Origin: a virus
Virus record (IMG/VR): IMGVR_UViG_3300037420_000416
Direction: 5' to 3' (one strand)
DNA length: 60,742 bases
Position numbers and translations under genes: made by a program. The notes under the pieces are model-generated. The model made no database searches and had not been told where the DNA came from. It saw only the letters and a program-made list of their open reading frames with translations. Position 1 is the stretch's first letter; the number at the start of each line of letters is the position of its first letter. Shown piece after piece: positions 7,602-15,567 of the stretch.

Positions 7602-7954
7602 GATTCTGTGGACGGGGATGCCTGCGGAGCCACGCGGGCAGCCCCCTTAAGCATCAGCTGGCCTTCATGGCTGCATTGGCGATACAGCTCCAGCATCTCC
7701 TTCTCATCCGCATTCAAGCGCTCAAGCCAGGTTCGCTCCGGACTGGCCGGAGCCCCCTCTACCTGTAAAAGCTGATCGGTCGACAGGCCAAGAGCATCAG
7801 CAACGACCGGCACGCGATCCCTCGCAATCTTCCCTGTCTGTGTCCATTTCGATACGGCGGCAATAGACACGCCGGCCTTCTCGGCCAGCCATGCCTGGTT
7901 GCGCTCTAGCTCCTTCAGTCTAGTCTTTATAACTTTGGCAATTTTTGTGCTCAT
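7598..7954 (-). CDS. cI: CI-like prophage repressor, XRE-family HTH, no S24 peptidase domain (118 aa)
   Basis: Track ORF. HTH segment LKELERNQAWLAEKAGVSIAAVSKWTQTGKIARDRVPVVADALGLS. It is divergent from the cro-like gene across an operator-rich 82-bp spacer. The C-terminal 50 aa show no Ser/Lys protease motif. Confidence 0.8.
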   Translation of the reverse strand: MSTKIAKVIKTRLKELERNQAWLAEKAGVSIAAVSKWTQTGKIARDRVPVVADALGLSTDQLLQVEGAPASPERTWLERLNADEKEMLELYRQCSHEGQLMLKGAARVAPQASPSTES

Positions 7955-8036
7955 GGCGGCAAGTTTGGGTTGAATTCAACGAAAACTCAAGAAATCTGCG
8001 GTTGAATTTCAATTCAACCTGTGGTTAAATGAATCC
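7955..8036. promoter_or_regulatory. OR region: PR, PRM-like promoter and two operators
   Basis: PR on the plus strand is TTGAAT (8002-8007) - 17 nt - TTAAAT (8025-8030). The operators are GTTGAATTCAAC (7969-7980, a perfect palindrome) and GGTTGAATttcaATTCAACC (8000-8019). A weak leftward promoter, TTGAGT (7985-7990) - 17 nt - CAAACT (7962-7967), lies 7 nt from the cI ATG. Confidence 0.75.
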
Positions 8037-8264
8037 ATGAGACCTAAGACCACAACCCCACTAGAACGTGCGATCAGCCTTGTTGGTGGCGTCGCCAACC
8101 TCGCTGCCTCATGCCGCGTATCCGTCCAGGCCGTCTACAAGTGGCTGAAGAAGGGGTATCCGCCGGTCGATCGCTGCCAATCAGTCGAGAAGGCAGTCGC
8201 AGGGCAGGTAACACGGTTCGAGCTCCTTGCGCCCGCCTTCAAAACGAAGCGCAAGTCGAAGTAG
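8037..8264 (+). CDS. cro: Cro-like / YdaS-type HTH regulator (75 aa)
   Basis: Track ORF. LERAISLVGGVANLAASCRVSVQAVYKWLKKGYPP is a Cro/YdaS-like HTH. It is the first gene of the rightward operon, with no SD, and the ATG lies 7 nt after the PR -10. Confidence 0.75.
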   Translation: MRPKTTTPLERAISLVGGVANLAASCRVSVQAVYKWLKKGYPPVDRCQSVEKAVAGQVTRFELLAPAFKTKRKSK

Positions 8265-8366
8265 CAGTTCCAGCAGTCCCGCAACACGTTCCCAAGAAGA
8301 CCAGTACCAGAAGTGCCAGGCAGTAGCAGTCACCAATCCTTGTAGCACCGCTTGATAGGAGTAGTG

Positions 8367-8624
8367 ATGAAGAGCAGGAAGAACGTAGTTGTAAAGGCTT
8401 TGTTCAGCGTCGACCAGTTCGTGGCGCTGGATGAAGAGTGCACTGATGCAGACGTCTCACATAGCGAGCTCCTGCGCGAGTTGTCGATGGAGTGGGTCAG
8501 ACAGCGTCAGTCTACTAAAGCCGAAAGCCAGGGTAAATGGGCAATCAGTGGCCAGAAGATGGCCATACCGAGTGCTAACTCCCGGGTGAATTTCGGCGTC
8601 GCTCCGGTGCGATTACGGGTTTGA
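8367..8624 (+). CDS. Putative ribbon-helix-helix protein (85 aa), possible cII analogue
   Basis: Track ORF 8352..8624 with ATG 8367 after GGAG. VVVKALFSVDQFVALDEECTDADVSHSELLRELSMEW fits an RHH strand/helix/helix pattern. The function is inferred from position only. Confidence 0.45.
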   Translation: MKSRKNVVVKALFSVDQFVALDEECTDADVSHSELLRELSMEWVRQRQSTKAESQGKWAISGQKMAIPSANSRVNFGVAPVRLRV

Positions 8625-8752
8625 CGACGCTACCTACACATGGACGGATCGCCGGGAATTTTCGTAAGCGAGAACAGGCGAGAACAGGTAGATGACAAAA
8701 CGGACGGCCCGCCGCCGTGCGGGCCATAAGTCCAGAGAGAACTAGGGGAATC

Positions 8753-8944
8753 ATGGGGACGGAGCCGCGAATCATGACGACAAAAATGGAACGTGTACTG
8801 CGTTACGCAATTGATTTGGTCGCTGCGGAGAGATTCGCACAGGGCGCTCCGGTGGGGCAAAAGAGCGCCGCAAACGAGAGGCATGACGAAGCGAAGAGAA
8901 GACTACGTCAAGCCGTCGACACCCTCACTGGAGGCAAGCCATGA
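8753..8944 (+). CDS. Hypothetical early protein (63 aa)
   Basis: Track ORF 8717..8944. ATG 8753 follows AGGGGA; the start is uncertain. Confidence 0.45.
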   Translation: MGTEPRIMTTKMERVLRYAIDLVAAERFAQGAPVGQKSAANERHDEAKRRLRQAVDTLTGGKP

Positions 8945-9249
8945 CAAACGAATGCCGTTCCGCCAGCCGGGACGAAGTGCTGCAAATGATCAGGACGAAC
9001 CAGGGCATCACGGCCGGACAGATTCAGGAGGCAGTCGGCCTGTCGAATCGCCAGGTCTTGAAGATCCTGTCGGCCCTGACGGACGAAGGCATCATCAGGT
9101 GGAAGATGCTCCGTCCACAGGCTGGCGTAAGACGGTCCCCGCGTCGCAGCTACTTCATCACGACGAAGCACGACACGACGATCCCGGCGGCTTGGGACGT
9201 GCTGGCGTACTTCTTCGGCCGCATCGCAGCAGAACCCGCAATCGTTTGA
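8941..9249 (+). CDS. Winged-helix DNA-binding protein (102 aa)
   Basis: Track ORF, ATGA-coupled. SRDEVLQMIRTNQGITAGQIQEAVGLSNRQVLKILSALTDEGIIRW is MarR/wHTH-like. Confidence 0.55.
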   Translation: MTNECRSASRDEVLQMIRTNQGITAGQIQEAVGLSNRQVLKILSALTDEGIIRWKMLRPQAGVRRSPRRSYFITTKHDTTIPAAWDVLAYFFGRIAAEPAIV

Positions 9250-9307
9250 TCGAGCACCGATGGCGCCGAGGCTGTGGCGCCATCCCCTAACGCCCGTAGG
9301 AGGCACC

Positions 9308-9385
9308 ATGCATCACCGACCTGACCACTTCGAGCGCTTCACGCAAGCGCATCGCCGTATCGTTCCGGTGCGGGGCATGCCATGA
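9308..9385 (+). CDS. 25-codon upstream ORF coupled to the YbcO-like gene
   Basis: AGGAGG lies 5 nt before ATG 9308. Translation MHHRPDHFERFTQAHRRIVPVRGMP. Its stop overlaps the next ATG (ATGA). It is preceded by a perfect 9-bp hairpin at 9259-9284. Confidence 0.3.
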   Translation: MHHRPDHFERFTQAHRRIVPVRGMP

Positions 9386-9819
9386 GTGACCTCGGACTGA
9401 AACGCTTCTCCACGCTGAAGCAGAAGACATCGCTGAAGCGTACCGGCTTCCTGCGTAAGCATCGCAGCAAAGAGCAAATCACCAAGAAGACGACCCGCCT
9501 CAAGTCGCGCGGCCCGAAGATGACGCCGATCCGCCGCGCCGCACGCGGCCAGGACTGCCAGTTGCAGATCCTCGGCGTGTGCAATGGAGACTCCACCACG
9601 ACCGTTCTGTGTCACTCCAACCGCCTAGCCGACGGCAAGGGCATGGGCCTGAAGGCTCCGGACACCGAGGCGTGCTTTGGTTGCGCATCCTGCCATTCGA
9701 TCCTCGATGGTCGCGCGCCGCGACCGGCCGGTATGTCGATGGAAGACCTGCAGCGCCTATTCGATTACGCGCGCGACCGTACGCACGTCATTCTGCGCGC
9801 AATGGGGCTCATGCCATGA
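9382..9819 (+). CDS. YbcO/DUF1364-family putative nuclease (145 aa)
   Basis: Track ORF. IRRAARGQDCQLQILGVCNGDSTTTVLCHSN...ACFGCASCHSILDGR parallels E. coli YbcO (RKAARGRECQVRIPGVCNGNPETSVLAH...ACSACHDEIDRR). Confidence 0.75.
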   Translation: MSDLGLKRFSTLKQKTSLKRTGFLRKHRSKEQITKKTTRLKSRGPKMTPIRRAARGQDCQLQILGVCNGDSTTTVLCHSNRLADGKGMGLKAPDTEACFGCASCHSILDGRAPRPAGMSMEDLQRLFDYARDRTHVILRAMGLMP

Positions 9820-10091
9820 CCACGAACATCCTCAGCCCGAATTGGACCGGCGATACCGCTGAGCCCATCGACCCTACCACGATCCGTTTCAAGGCCGTCA
9901 GGGCGCCTGTGTACGCCGACTGCCAAGGATGTCTGTTTATCGGCCAGCGCAGCACTGTGTGTCGCCAAGCATCCGGCCAGGTGGATTGCGACGAGGCCGC
10001 GCCAGAAGGCTGGTCCGTCATCTACGTCACCGACAAGAGCGATCCGCGGCAGATGGATCTGCTGAAGGCAGCCGAGAGCGAATCATGCTGA
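9816..10091 (+). CDS. Hypothetical early protein (91 aa, Cys-rich)
   Basis: In the frame of track ORF 9579..10091. ATG 9816 overlaps the upstream stop (ATGA). MTTNILSPNWTGDTAEPIDP... Confidence 0.55.
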   Translation: MTTNILSPNWTGDTAEPIDPTTIRFKAVRAPVYADCQGCLFIGQRSTVCRQASGQVDCDEAAPEGWSVIYVTDKSDPRQMDLLKAAESESC

Positions 10092-10303
10092 CCTACGAAG
10101 TCAAAGGCCCGACCGAGAGCGGTCATTACCTCGTCGGCTACCCGACGCCGGGCGCCCCACAAGTGTTCACCCTGGCAGGATGCGCGACGAACGAAAAACT
10201 GGCCAAGGAAGAGCGTGACCGCTTGAACGAAGCGCAGGTTGTTGACCGCCGCGCCGACATCGTGCGAAAGGCGGACATGATCGTGCGGGACGAGGAGAAC
10301 TGA
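10085..10303 (+). CDS. Hypothetical early protein (72 aa)
   Basis: In the frame of track ORF 9929..10303. ATG 10085 overlaps the end of the upstream gene. Confidence 0.5.
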   Translation: MLTYEVKGPTESGHYLVGYPTPGAPQVFTLAGCATNEKLAKEERDRLNEAQVVDRRADIVRKADMIVRDEEN

Positions 10304-10304
10304 C

Positions 10305-11111
10305 GTGGCCGGCGAATGGATCAAATTCGAGGCAAGCACGCCCGAGAAGCGTGAAGTCTTCTCCATCACCGCGGCGATGGGCTGGACCGATCCTGACCTG
10401 ACGGTCGGGAAGCTGCTCAAGGTGTGGCGTTGGTTCGATCAGCAGACCGTTGGCGGTAACGCTGACGGCGTTACCTTGGCGTTACTGGATTCAATCATCG
10501 GCGTTACCGGGTTCGCTCAAGCGATGTGCAATGTAGGCTGGCTGGTGTCGACCGAGCGAGGCGTCAGCCTTCCGAACTTCGATCGGCACAACGGGAAGAC
10601 AGCAAAGGAGCGCGCCCTGACCGCGAAGCGGGTCGCGAAACACAAAACTAACGCCTCGACTAACGCTGAAGGTAACGCTGACACCGTTAGCGGAGCGTTA
10701 CCTAGAGAAGAGAAGAATAGAGAAGAACTAGAAGAACCCCCCAAACCCCCCGTCGGGGGGCTATCCGTGATCGAAGGGAAAAAACGGAAAGACCCGGGTG
10801 TCTCGCTGAAGACCTTCCTTGATGACTGCAAGGCGAAAGGGCTTCGTCCGGTTCGCGACTACGAGCCGCTGTGGAACTACGTCCGCACCGCCAAGCTACC
10901 CGAGGACTACGTTGCCCTCGCCTGGGCTGAGTTCTGCCGTCAGTGCCTGCCGGGCGGCGTGAGCGAGCGAAAACTGCAGGTCGACTGGCCGAAGACGTTC
11001 CGAAACTACGTCGAGAAAAACTACCTGAAGCTGTGGGCGATAAACGCCGACGGCGAGTACTTCCTGACCACCCTTGGCAAGCAGGCCCAAACCGTAGCGG
11101 AGGCAGCATGA
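10305..11111 (+). CDS. Replication initiator / replisome organiser (O-like), carrying the origin
   Basis: Track ORF with a GTG start after GAGGAG. It lies immediately upstream of dnaB (with one methylase gene between) and contains an iteron cluster plus a purine-rich AT tract, as lambda O does. Confidence 0.6.
   Translation: MAGEWIKFEASTPEKREVFSITAAMGWTDPDLTVGKLLKVWRWFDQQTVGGNADGVTLALLDSIIGVTGFAQAMCNVGWLVSTERGVSLPNFDRHNGKTAKERALTAKRVAKHKTNASTNAEGNADTVSGALPREEKNREELEEPPKPPVGGLSVIEGKKRKDPGVSLKTFLDDCKAKGLRPVRDYEPLWNYVRTAKLPEDYVALAWAEFCRQCLPGGVSERKLQVDWPKTFRNYVEKNYLKLWAINADGEYFLTTLGKQAQTVAEAA
10455..10735. other. Putative origin of replication (iterons plus AT-rich tract) inside the O-like gene
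   Basis: GGTAACGC/GCGTTACC units occur at 10455-10475 (the palindrome GGTAACGCtgacgGCGTTACC), 10479-10486, 10500-10508, 10648-10654, 10660-10666, 10671-10682 and 10695-10702. The tract AGAGAAGAGAAGAATAGAGAAGAACTAGAAGAA follows at 10703-10735. Confidence 0.6.
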
Positions 11112-11848
11112 CTGCTCGTAAAGAAATCATTGGTGACGCAGTGTTGTACCTGGGCGACTGCGCCGAGGTTCTGCCGTTGATCGGCAAAGTGGATGCGGTG
11201 ATTACCGACCCGCCGTATGGGATCGGCGAGAGCAGTAAAAAGGTGAAATCTCGTCAGCGAGGCGGGCGCCTTGGCTCATTGCTCGGTTACAAGGGTAAGG
11301 CAATGGCTGATCAAAAGGACTACGGTGAGTTCGACTGGGATCAGTCGCCCCCGCCGGCCGAGTTGATTGATCAACTGCGTGCGATGAGTGATTGGCAAGC
11401 ATTTTTCGGCGGGAATTACTTTCATCTCCCGCCGTCGCCATGCTGGCTGGTGTGGGACAAGCTCAACGGTAAGAACGACTTTGCAGATTGCGAGCTCGCC
11501 TGGACGAATTGGCCGAAAGCCGTTCGCCGTCTGCAGTGGATGTGGAATGGGATGCTTCGCCAAGGGAATGAAGAGCGATTTCATCCAACCCAGAAGCCGC
11601 TTGAGGTCATGAAGTGGGAAATTGAGTTATGCCCCAAAGCCGAAACGGTGCTTGACGCGTTCATGGGCAGCGGCACCACCGGGGTTGCCGCGATCCAGCT
11701 GGGCCGCAAGTTTATCGGAATTGAACGCGAGCCGAAATATTTCGAAATAGCCTGCAAGCGCATTGAACAGGCTGTCGCACAAGGGCAGTTGTTTGCACCC
11801 GAACCAGTCAAGCAAGAGCAGGCCGGCCTGTTTGGGGAGGCAGCATGA
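11108..11848 (+). CDS. Beta-class N6-adenine or N4-cytosine DNA methyltransferase (246 aa)
   Basis: In the frame of track ORF 10943..11848, with GGAGG before ATG 11108. DAVITDPPYG (motif IV) lies near the N-terminus and LDAFMGSGTTGVAA (motif I) near the C-terminus. Confidence 0.85.
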   Translation: MTARKEIIGDAVLYLGDCAEVLPLIGKVDAVITDPPYGIGESSKKVKSRQRGGRLGSLLGYKGKAMADQKDYGEFDWDQSPPPAELIDQLRAMSDWQAFFGGNYFHLPPSPCWLVWDKLNGKNDFADCELAWTNWPKAVRRLQWMWNGMLRQGNEERFHPTQKPLEVMKWEIELCPKAETVLDAFMGSGTTGVAAIQLGRKFIGIEREPKYFEIACKRIEQAVAQGQLFAPEPVKQEQAGLFGEAA

Positions 11849-13197
11849 GCGACATCAAACCACCGCCGCACAGCATCGAAGCCGAGCAAAGCGTTATCGG
11901 CGCACTGCTGCGCGACAACGACGCCATCGACCGTATGGGCGACCTGCGCGCCGAGCACTTCTACCTCGGTGACCATCAGGTTATCTTCGCCGAACTGATC
12001 AAGCAGTTGAACGCCGGCCGCTCCTGCGACGTCATTTCGCTGATGGTCGCGCTTGACGGCAAGGTCAACGAACCCGGCAAGTACCTGAATCAGATGGCGC
12101 AGAACACGCCGTCGTCGGCCGCCATCGGGCGCTACGCCGCGATCGTCCGCGACAAGGCAGTCAAGCGCGGGCTGATGTCGCTTGGGAAGGACGTCGCGGA
12201 GGAGGCGGCTAATTCGCCAGCGGACGCGGTTCAACTGCTCGACTCCGCAGGTTCCCGCCTGGAGAAGTTGGCCGAGTCCCGCGTCTCGGACGAGCCGGTG
12301 CGCGCCGGCGACGATATGGTCGCTCACATCACTGAGATCGAGAGCCGGTACGAGGGCGGCACGAAGGCCATGCCCACCGGCTTTGACGACATCGACAAGA
12401 AACTGAATGGCGGCGTGAGGGGCGGGAACCTGATCGTTCTGGCGGGCCGTCCGTCGATGGGCAAGACCGCATTGGCGATGAACATCGCGACCAACATGGC
12501 CGTCGACTACTCGGTTCTTTTTCTGTCGATGGAGATGCGGCGCTCGGAGCTTCACGACCGCAATCTGGCGTCCATTGGTCGAGTCCCCCTGGATCGCATC
12601 ATGGAACCACAGCGGATGGAAGACCAGGACTGGGCGAACCTGACGCACGCAACCATCCGCATCAATGAACTCAAGTTGTACCTGCACCACCAGGGCGGCA
12701 TGAGGCTGCTGGACGTGCGCATGAAGGCCAAGGGCATCAAGCGCAAGCGCGGCCTCGACATCCTGATGATCGACTACCTGCAACTCATGGAAGGCGAGGG
12801 CGACAACCGAAACACGCAGATCGAAGGTATCACGCGCGGCTTGAAGTCGCTTGCGATGGAGCTTGAGATCGGCATCTTCCTTCTGTCGCAGTTGAACAGG
12901 AAGGTCGAGGAGCGTCCGAACAAACGCCCACTGATGGCCGACTTGCGCGACTCCGGAGCGATCGAGCAGGACGCCGACGTGATCATGTTCCCGTACCGGG
13001 ACGAACGATACAACCCGGATTCACTCGATAAGGGTCTTTGCGAAGTCAACTTCCCGAAGGTGCGCCAGGGCGAACCCGGGACTATCGCTCTGACGTACCT
13101 GGGCGAGTTCACGCGATTCGAGAACTGCGCCAGGTGGGTGCAGAGGGCGCCGGAGGATAGGCGCAAGCCGGGCAACGGACTGTCGAAATTTCTGTGA
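11845..13197 (+). CDS. dnaB: DnaB-type replicative helicase
   Basis: Track ORF. PPHSIEAEQSVIGALL, Walker A GRPSMGKTALAMN, LSQLNR and RDSGAIEQDADV are classic DnaB motifs. Confidence 0.92.
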   Translation: MSDIKPPPHSIEAEQSVIGALLRDNDAIDRMGDLRAEHFYLGDHQVIFAELIKQLNAGRSCDVISLMVALDGKVNEPGKYLNQMAQNTPSSAAIGRYAAIVRDKAVKRGLMSLGKDVAEEAANSPADAVQLLDSAGSRLEKLAESRVSDEPVRAGDDMVAHITEIESRYEGGTKAMPTGFDDIDKKLNGGVRGGNLIVLAGRPSMGKTALAMNIATNMAVDYSVLFLSMEMRRSELHDRNLASIGRVPLDRIMEPQRMEDQDWANLTHATIRINELKLYLHHQGGMRLLDVRMKAKGIKRKRGLDILMIDYLQLMEGEGDNRNTQIEGITRGLKSLAMELEIGIFLLSQLNRKVEERPNKRPLMADLRDSGAIEQDADVIMFPYRDERYNPDSLDKGLCEVNFPKVRQGEPGTIALTYLGEFTRFENCARWVQRAPEDRRKPGNGLSKFL

Positions 13198-13260
13198 CAC
13201 GAAGCACTAGACCATCGCGCACACGCGCATAACCGCACCACCAAAACAAGGGAGTAGAGC

Positions 13261-13602
13261 ATGTGGCCTTTCGACATTTTTGCAAAACGCCGCGCAGCCA
13301 GGGATGCAAAGGAGCGCGCGGAACACGCCGAGCGTATGGATCGCGTGAAGGAAAGCATCGAGGCGGCGAAGAAGCATACCCGCGCAGCCGCTGCCGCCAT
13401 CAGCCGGGCGCAGAGCATCCGCGATGCAGCCTCGGCGCCGCGCAAGCCGTCGCTCAGCGTCGTGCTCAATCCAGACAACATCTACACCGACCCGCTCAGC
13501 CCGATCAACCATCTGTCGCCGCTGAACCCGATCAATCAGGTCAGCATCTGGCCGGCGACGGCTGACGAGCCGCAGCATTCGTCGGCAGGAACTGAACGGT
13601 AA
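13261..13602 (+). CDS. Hypothetical early protein (113 aa)
   Basis: Track ORF with GGGAG upstream. Confidence 0.55.
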   Translation: MWPFDIFAKRRAARDAKERAEHAERMDRVKESIEAAKKHTRAAAAAISRAQSIRDAASAPRKPSLSVVLNPDNIYTDPLSPINHLSPLNPINQVSIWPATADEPQHSSAGTER

Positions 13603-13645
13603 CACTACCCAACGACCGCAGCATAACGACAACAAGGAGAACCGC

Positions 13646-14038
13646 ATGACCCCGCAACAGAAGCTGAAGCACATGATCCTGAGCTGCGTCGCCAAGTGGC
13701 GCGATCTGCCTCTTCCGGAGTTCAACGCCGACACCATCGACGCGGCCTACGCCGAGGCTGACGAAGGCGAGCTTGAAGACGAGATGCAGGACGCGCGGAA
13801 CGAGATCCGTTGCGGCGGCATGGATACCGGATTGCCATGCGATTGGGCGCGCCACTACGAGAGCAAGGCAGTGGCTGCGCAAGCCATCGATGGTTCTTGG
13901 GTGGGTTGGACCTACTGGTACGGCGGCGGCAAGCACGGCGAGCCCGAAGCCATCGACTGGATCGAATACGCCTATGACCTGTCGTGCGTCGAAGAAGAGA
14001 AGCTTGTCACTGTCCGCACGTTCACTAAGGCGGAATAA
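13646..14038 (+). CDS. Hypothetical early protein (130 aa)
   Basis: Track ORF with AAGGAG upstream. Confidence 0.6.
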   Translation: MTPQQKLKHMILSCVAKWRDLPLPEFNADTIDAAYAEADEGELEDEMQDARNEIRCGGMDTGLPCDWARHYESKAVAAQAIDGSWVGWTYWYGGGKHGEPEAIDWIEYAYDLSCVEEEKLVTVRTFTKAE

Positions 14039-14095
14039 CAACCACTCACCGTTCCCAGTTCGCGGGAACTACAACAACCGGAAAGGAGATAACGC

Positions 14096-14509
14096 ATGGG
14101 ACAGTCAACTGATGCACTGATGGCCTTCGGCTTTGACCTGGGCGAGGAAGTGCCCGAGCGCTTTGCCGCCGACGAAGAAGATGGCTTTGAGGCCGATGAA
14201 TTCCTGCTGCGCGATTACGACGCCGGAATCCCCGACTGGACGCCGGATGGCCCACCGGACTACTGGCGCAAAAAAGACGAGGCTCTGGCGAAGCTTCCGG
14301 TCGACATCATCACTCACTGCTCTGGCGAATACCCGATGTACTTCCTCGCCGTGCGCGGCACCAATCGCCGGGCGTGTCGCGGGACTCCTGTCGCGGCCGA
14401 GCAGTACCAGATCGGCCAAGACGAAATCGCTGCCCTGCGCGCCTTCTGCGAGAAGCACGGCATCGAATGGCAATTGCCGAAGTGGCACATCTTCAGCATG
14501 TGGAACTGA
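14096..14509 (+). CDS. Acidic hypothetical early protein (137 aa)
   Basis: Track ORF with AAGGAG upstream. Confidence 0.6.
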   Translation: MGQSTDALMAFGFDLGEEVPERFAADEEDGFEADEFLLRDYDAGIPDWTPDGPPDYWRKKDEALAKLPVDIITHCSGEYPMYFLAVRGTNRRACRGTPVAAEQYQIGQDEIAALRAFCEKHGIEWQLPKWHIFSMWN

Positions 14510-14555
14510 ACCTAACCACCACCCGCCAACCGCAGCACCAACCTGAAAGGCAGAC

Positions 14556-14804
14556 ATGAGCAACCACATAGAAGAGCGCGTGAAGAACATCATCGCCATG
14601 CAACTCACCGTCTCGGCCGGCGCGCTGCAGCCAGAAATGAACTTCGTCGACGATCTCGGCGCCGACAGCCTGGACGAGATCGAGCTCGTGATGGCGATGG
14701 AAGACGAGTTTGATATCGAAATCGACGACGAGAAGGCGGAGCAGGTCAAGACCGTCCAGCAGGCTATCGACTTCATCACGCGCGAGCTTGCGGCCGAACA
14801 TTGA
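14556..14804 (+). CDS. Acyl carrier protein homologue (82 aa)
   Basis: Track [17 protein letters not shown]...[45 protein letters not shown] aligns by eye along its whole length with E. coli AcpP (TIEERVKKIIGEQL...[45 protein letters not shown]), including the DSL phosphopantetheine serine. Confidence 0.85.
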   Translation: MSNHIEERVKNIIAMQLTVSAGALQPEMNFVDDLGADSLDEIELVMAMEDEFDIEIDDEKAEQVKTVQQAIDFITRELAAEH

Positions 14805-14852
14805 CCGGATGCCCGGTGGACCCGGGCGCACAACAACGACAAGGGGATCCTG

Positions 14853-15011
14853 ATGAGCAAAGTGAACGTTTGGAACACGACCGGCGACATTCTGGAGCAG
14901 TTCGACACGGTCGAAGAGGCTGAAGCCTGGATCACGGAATGCGAGCACGAAGAGTTGCACCGTACCGAGAACGGCGGCGATACGAACATCGCGGTTCTGG
15001 AATCGCTTTGA
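14853..15011 (+). CDS. Small acidic protein (52 aa)
   Basis: Below the track cutoff. AGGGGA lies before ATG 14853. MSKVNVWNTTGDILEQFDTVEEAEAWITECEHEELHRTENGGDTNIAVLESL. Confidence 0.4.
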   Translation: MSKVNVWNTTGDILEQFDTVEEAEAWITECEHEELHRTENGGDTNIAVLESL

Positions 15012-15021
15012 GGAGCCAAAC

Positions 15022-15567
15022 ATGACCTCAATGAGCATCTTCCGAGAACTGAAGCAGCGCATCAGCCTGGCCTGGCGCATCCTGTGCGACTTCGACAGCC
15101 ATCTCGAAGCGTACGCTGAACGCGAGCTGCGCGCGGCCGGCTACTTCGACGGCGACGAGGCGAACGAGTGGATGGCGCAAGGTGTGCTCGACATGGTCCG
15201 AGTCTACTCGTTACAGGGCCGGCGCGGCACGGATGCATCGGCCGCTTTGCAACTGTTCGACATGCTCGCGCGCTTTCAGCCGATCGGGCCTCTGACCGGC
15301 GCGGATAGCGAATGGGACGACGTCACCGAACTTTCTGGCCGCCCGCTGTGGCTGAACAAGCGCTGCTCGCATGTGTTCAAGGGTGGCGACGGGCAGGCAT
15401 ACGACAGCGAGGCGGTCATCTTTGAAAAGCCGAACGGCGAGCGCCTCACCAGCCGTCAGTTCATCACGTTCCCGTACACGCCGCGTTCGGTCGTCGTGCG
15501 CGTTCCGGTCGACGCGACTGAATCGGACAAGCGTCGGGCCGCGCAGATCGCATGGAGCGCAGCATGA
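15022..15567 (+). CDS. Hypothetical early protein (181 aa)
   Basis: Track ORF with GAGGAG upstream. Confidence 0.6.
   Translation: MTSMSIFRELKQRISLAWRILCDFDSHLEAYAERELRAAGYFDGDEANEWMAQGVLDMVRVYSLQGRRGTDASAALQLFDMLARFQPIGPLTGADSEWDDVTELSGRPLWLNKRCSHVFKGGDGQAYDSEAVIFEKPNGERLTSRQFITFPYTPRSVVVRVPVDATESDKRRAAQIAWSAA

Noticed and set aside
11581-12783. 400-aa minus-strand ORF
   Set aside because: It is antisense to dnaB, whose motifs are unambiguous. This is a typical high-GC shadow ORF (Val/Arg/His/Ala-rich).
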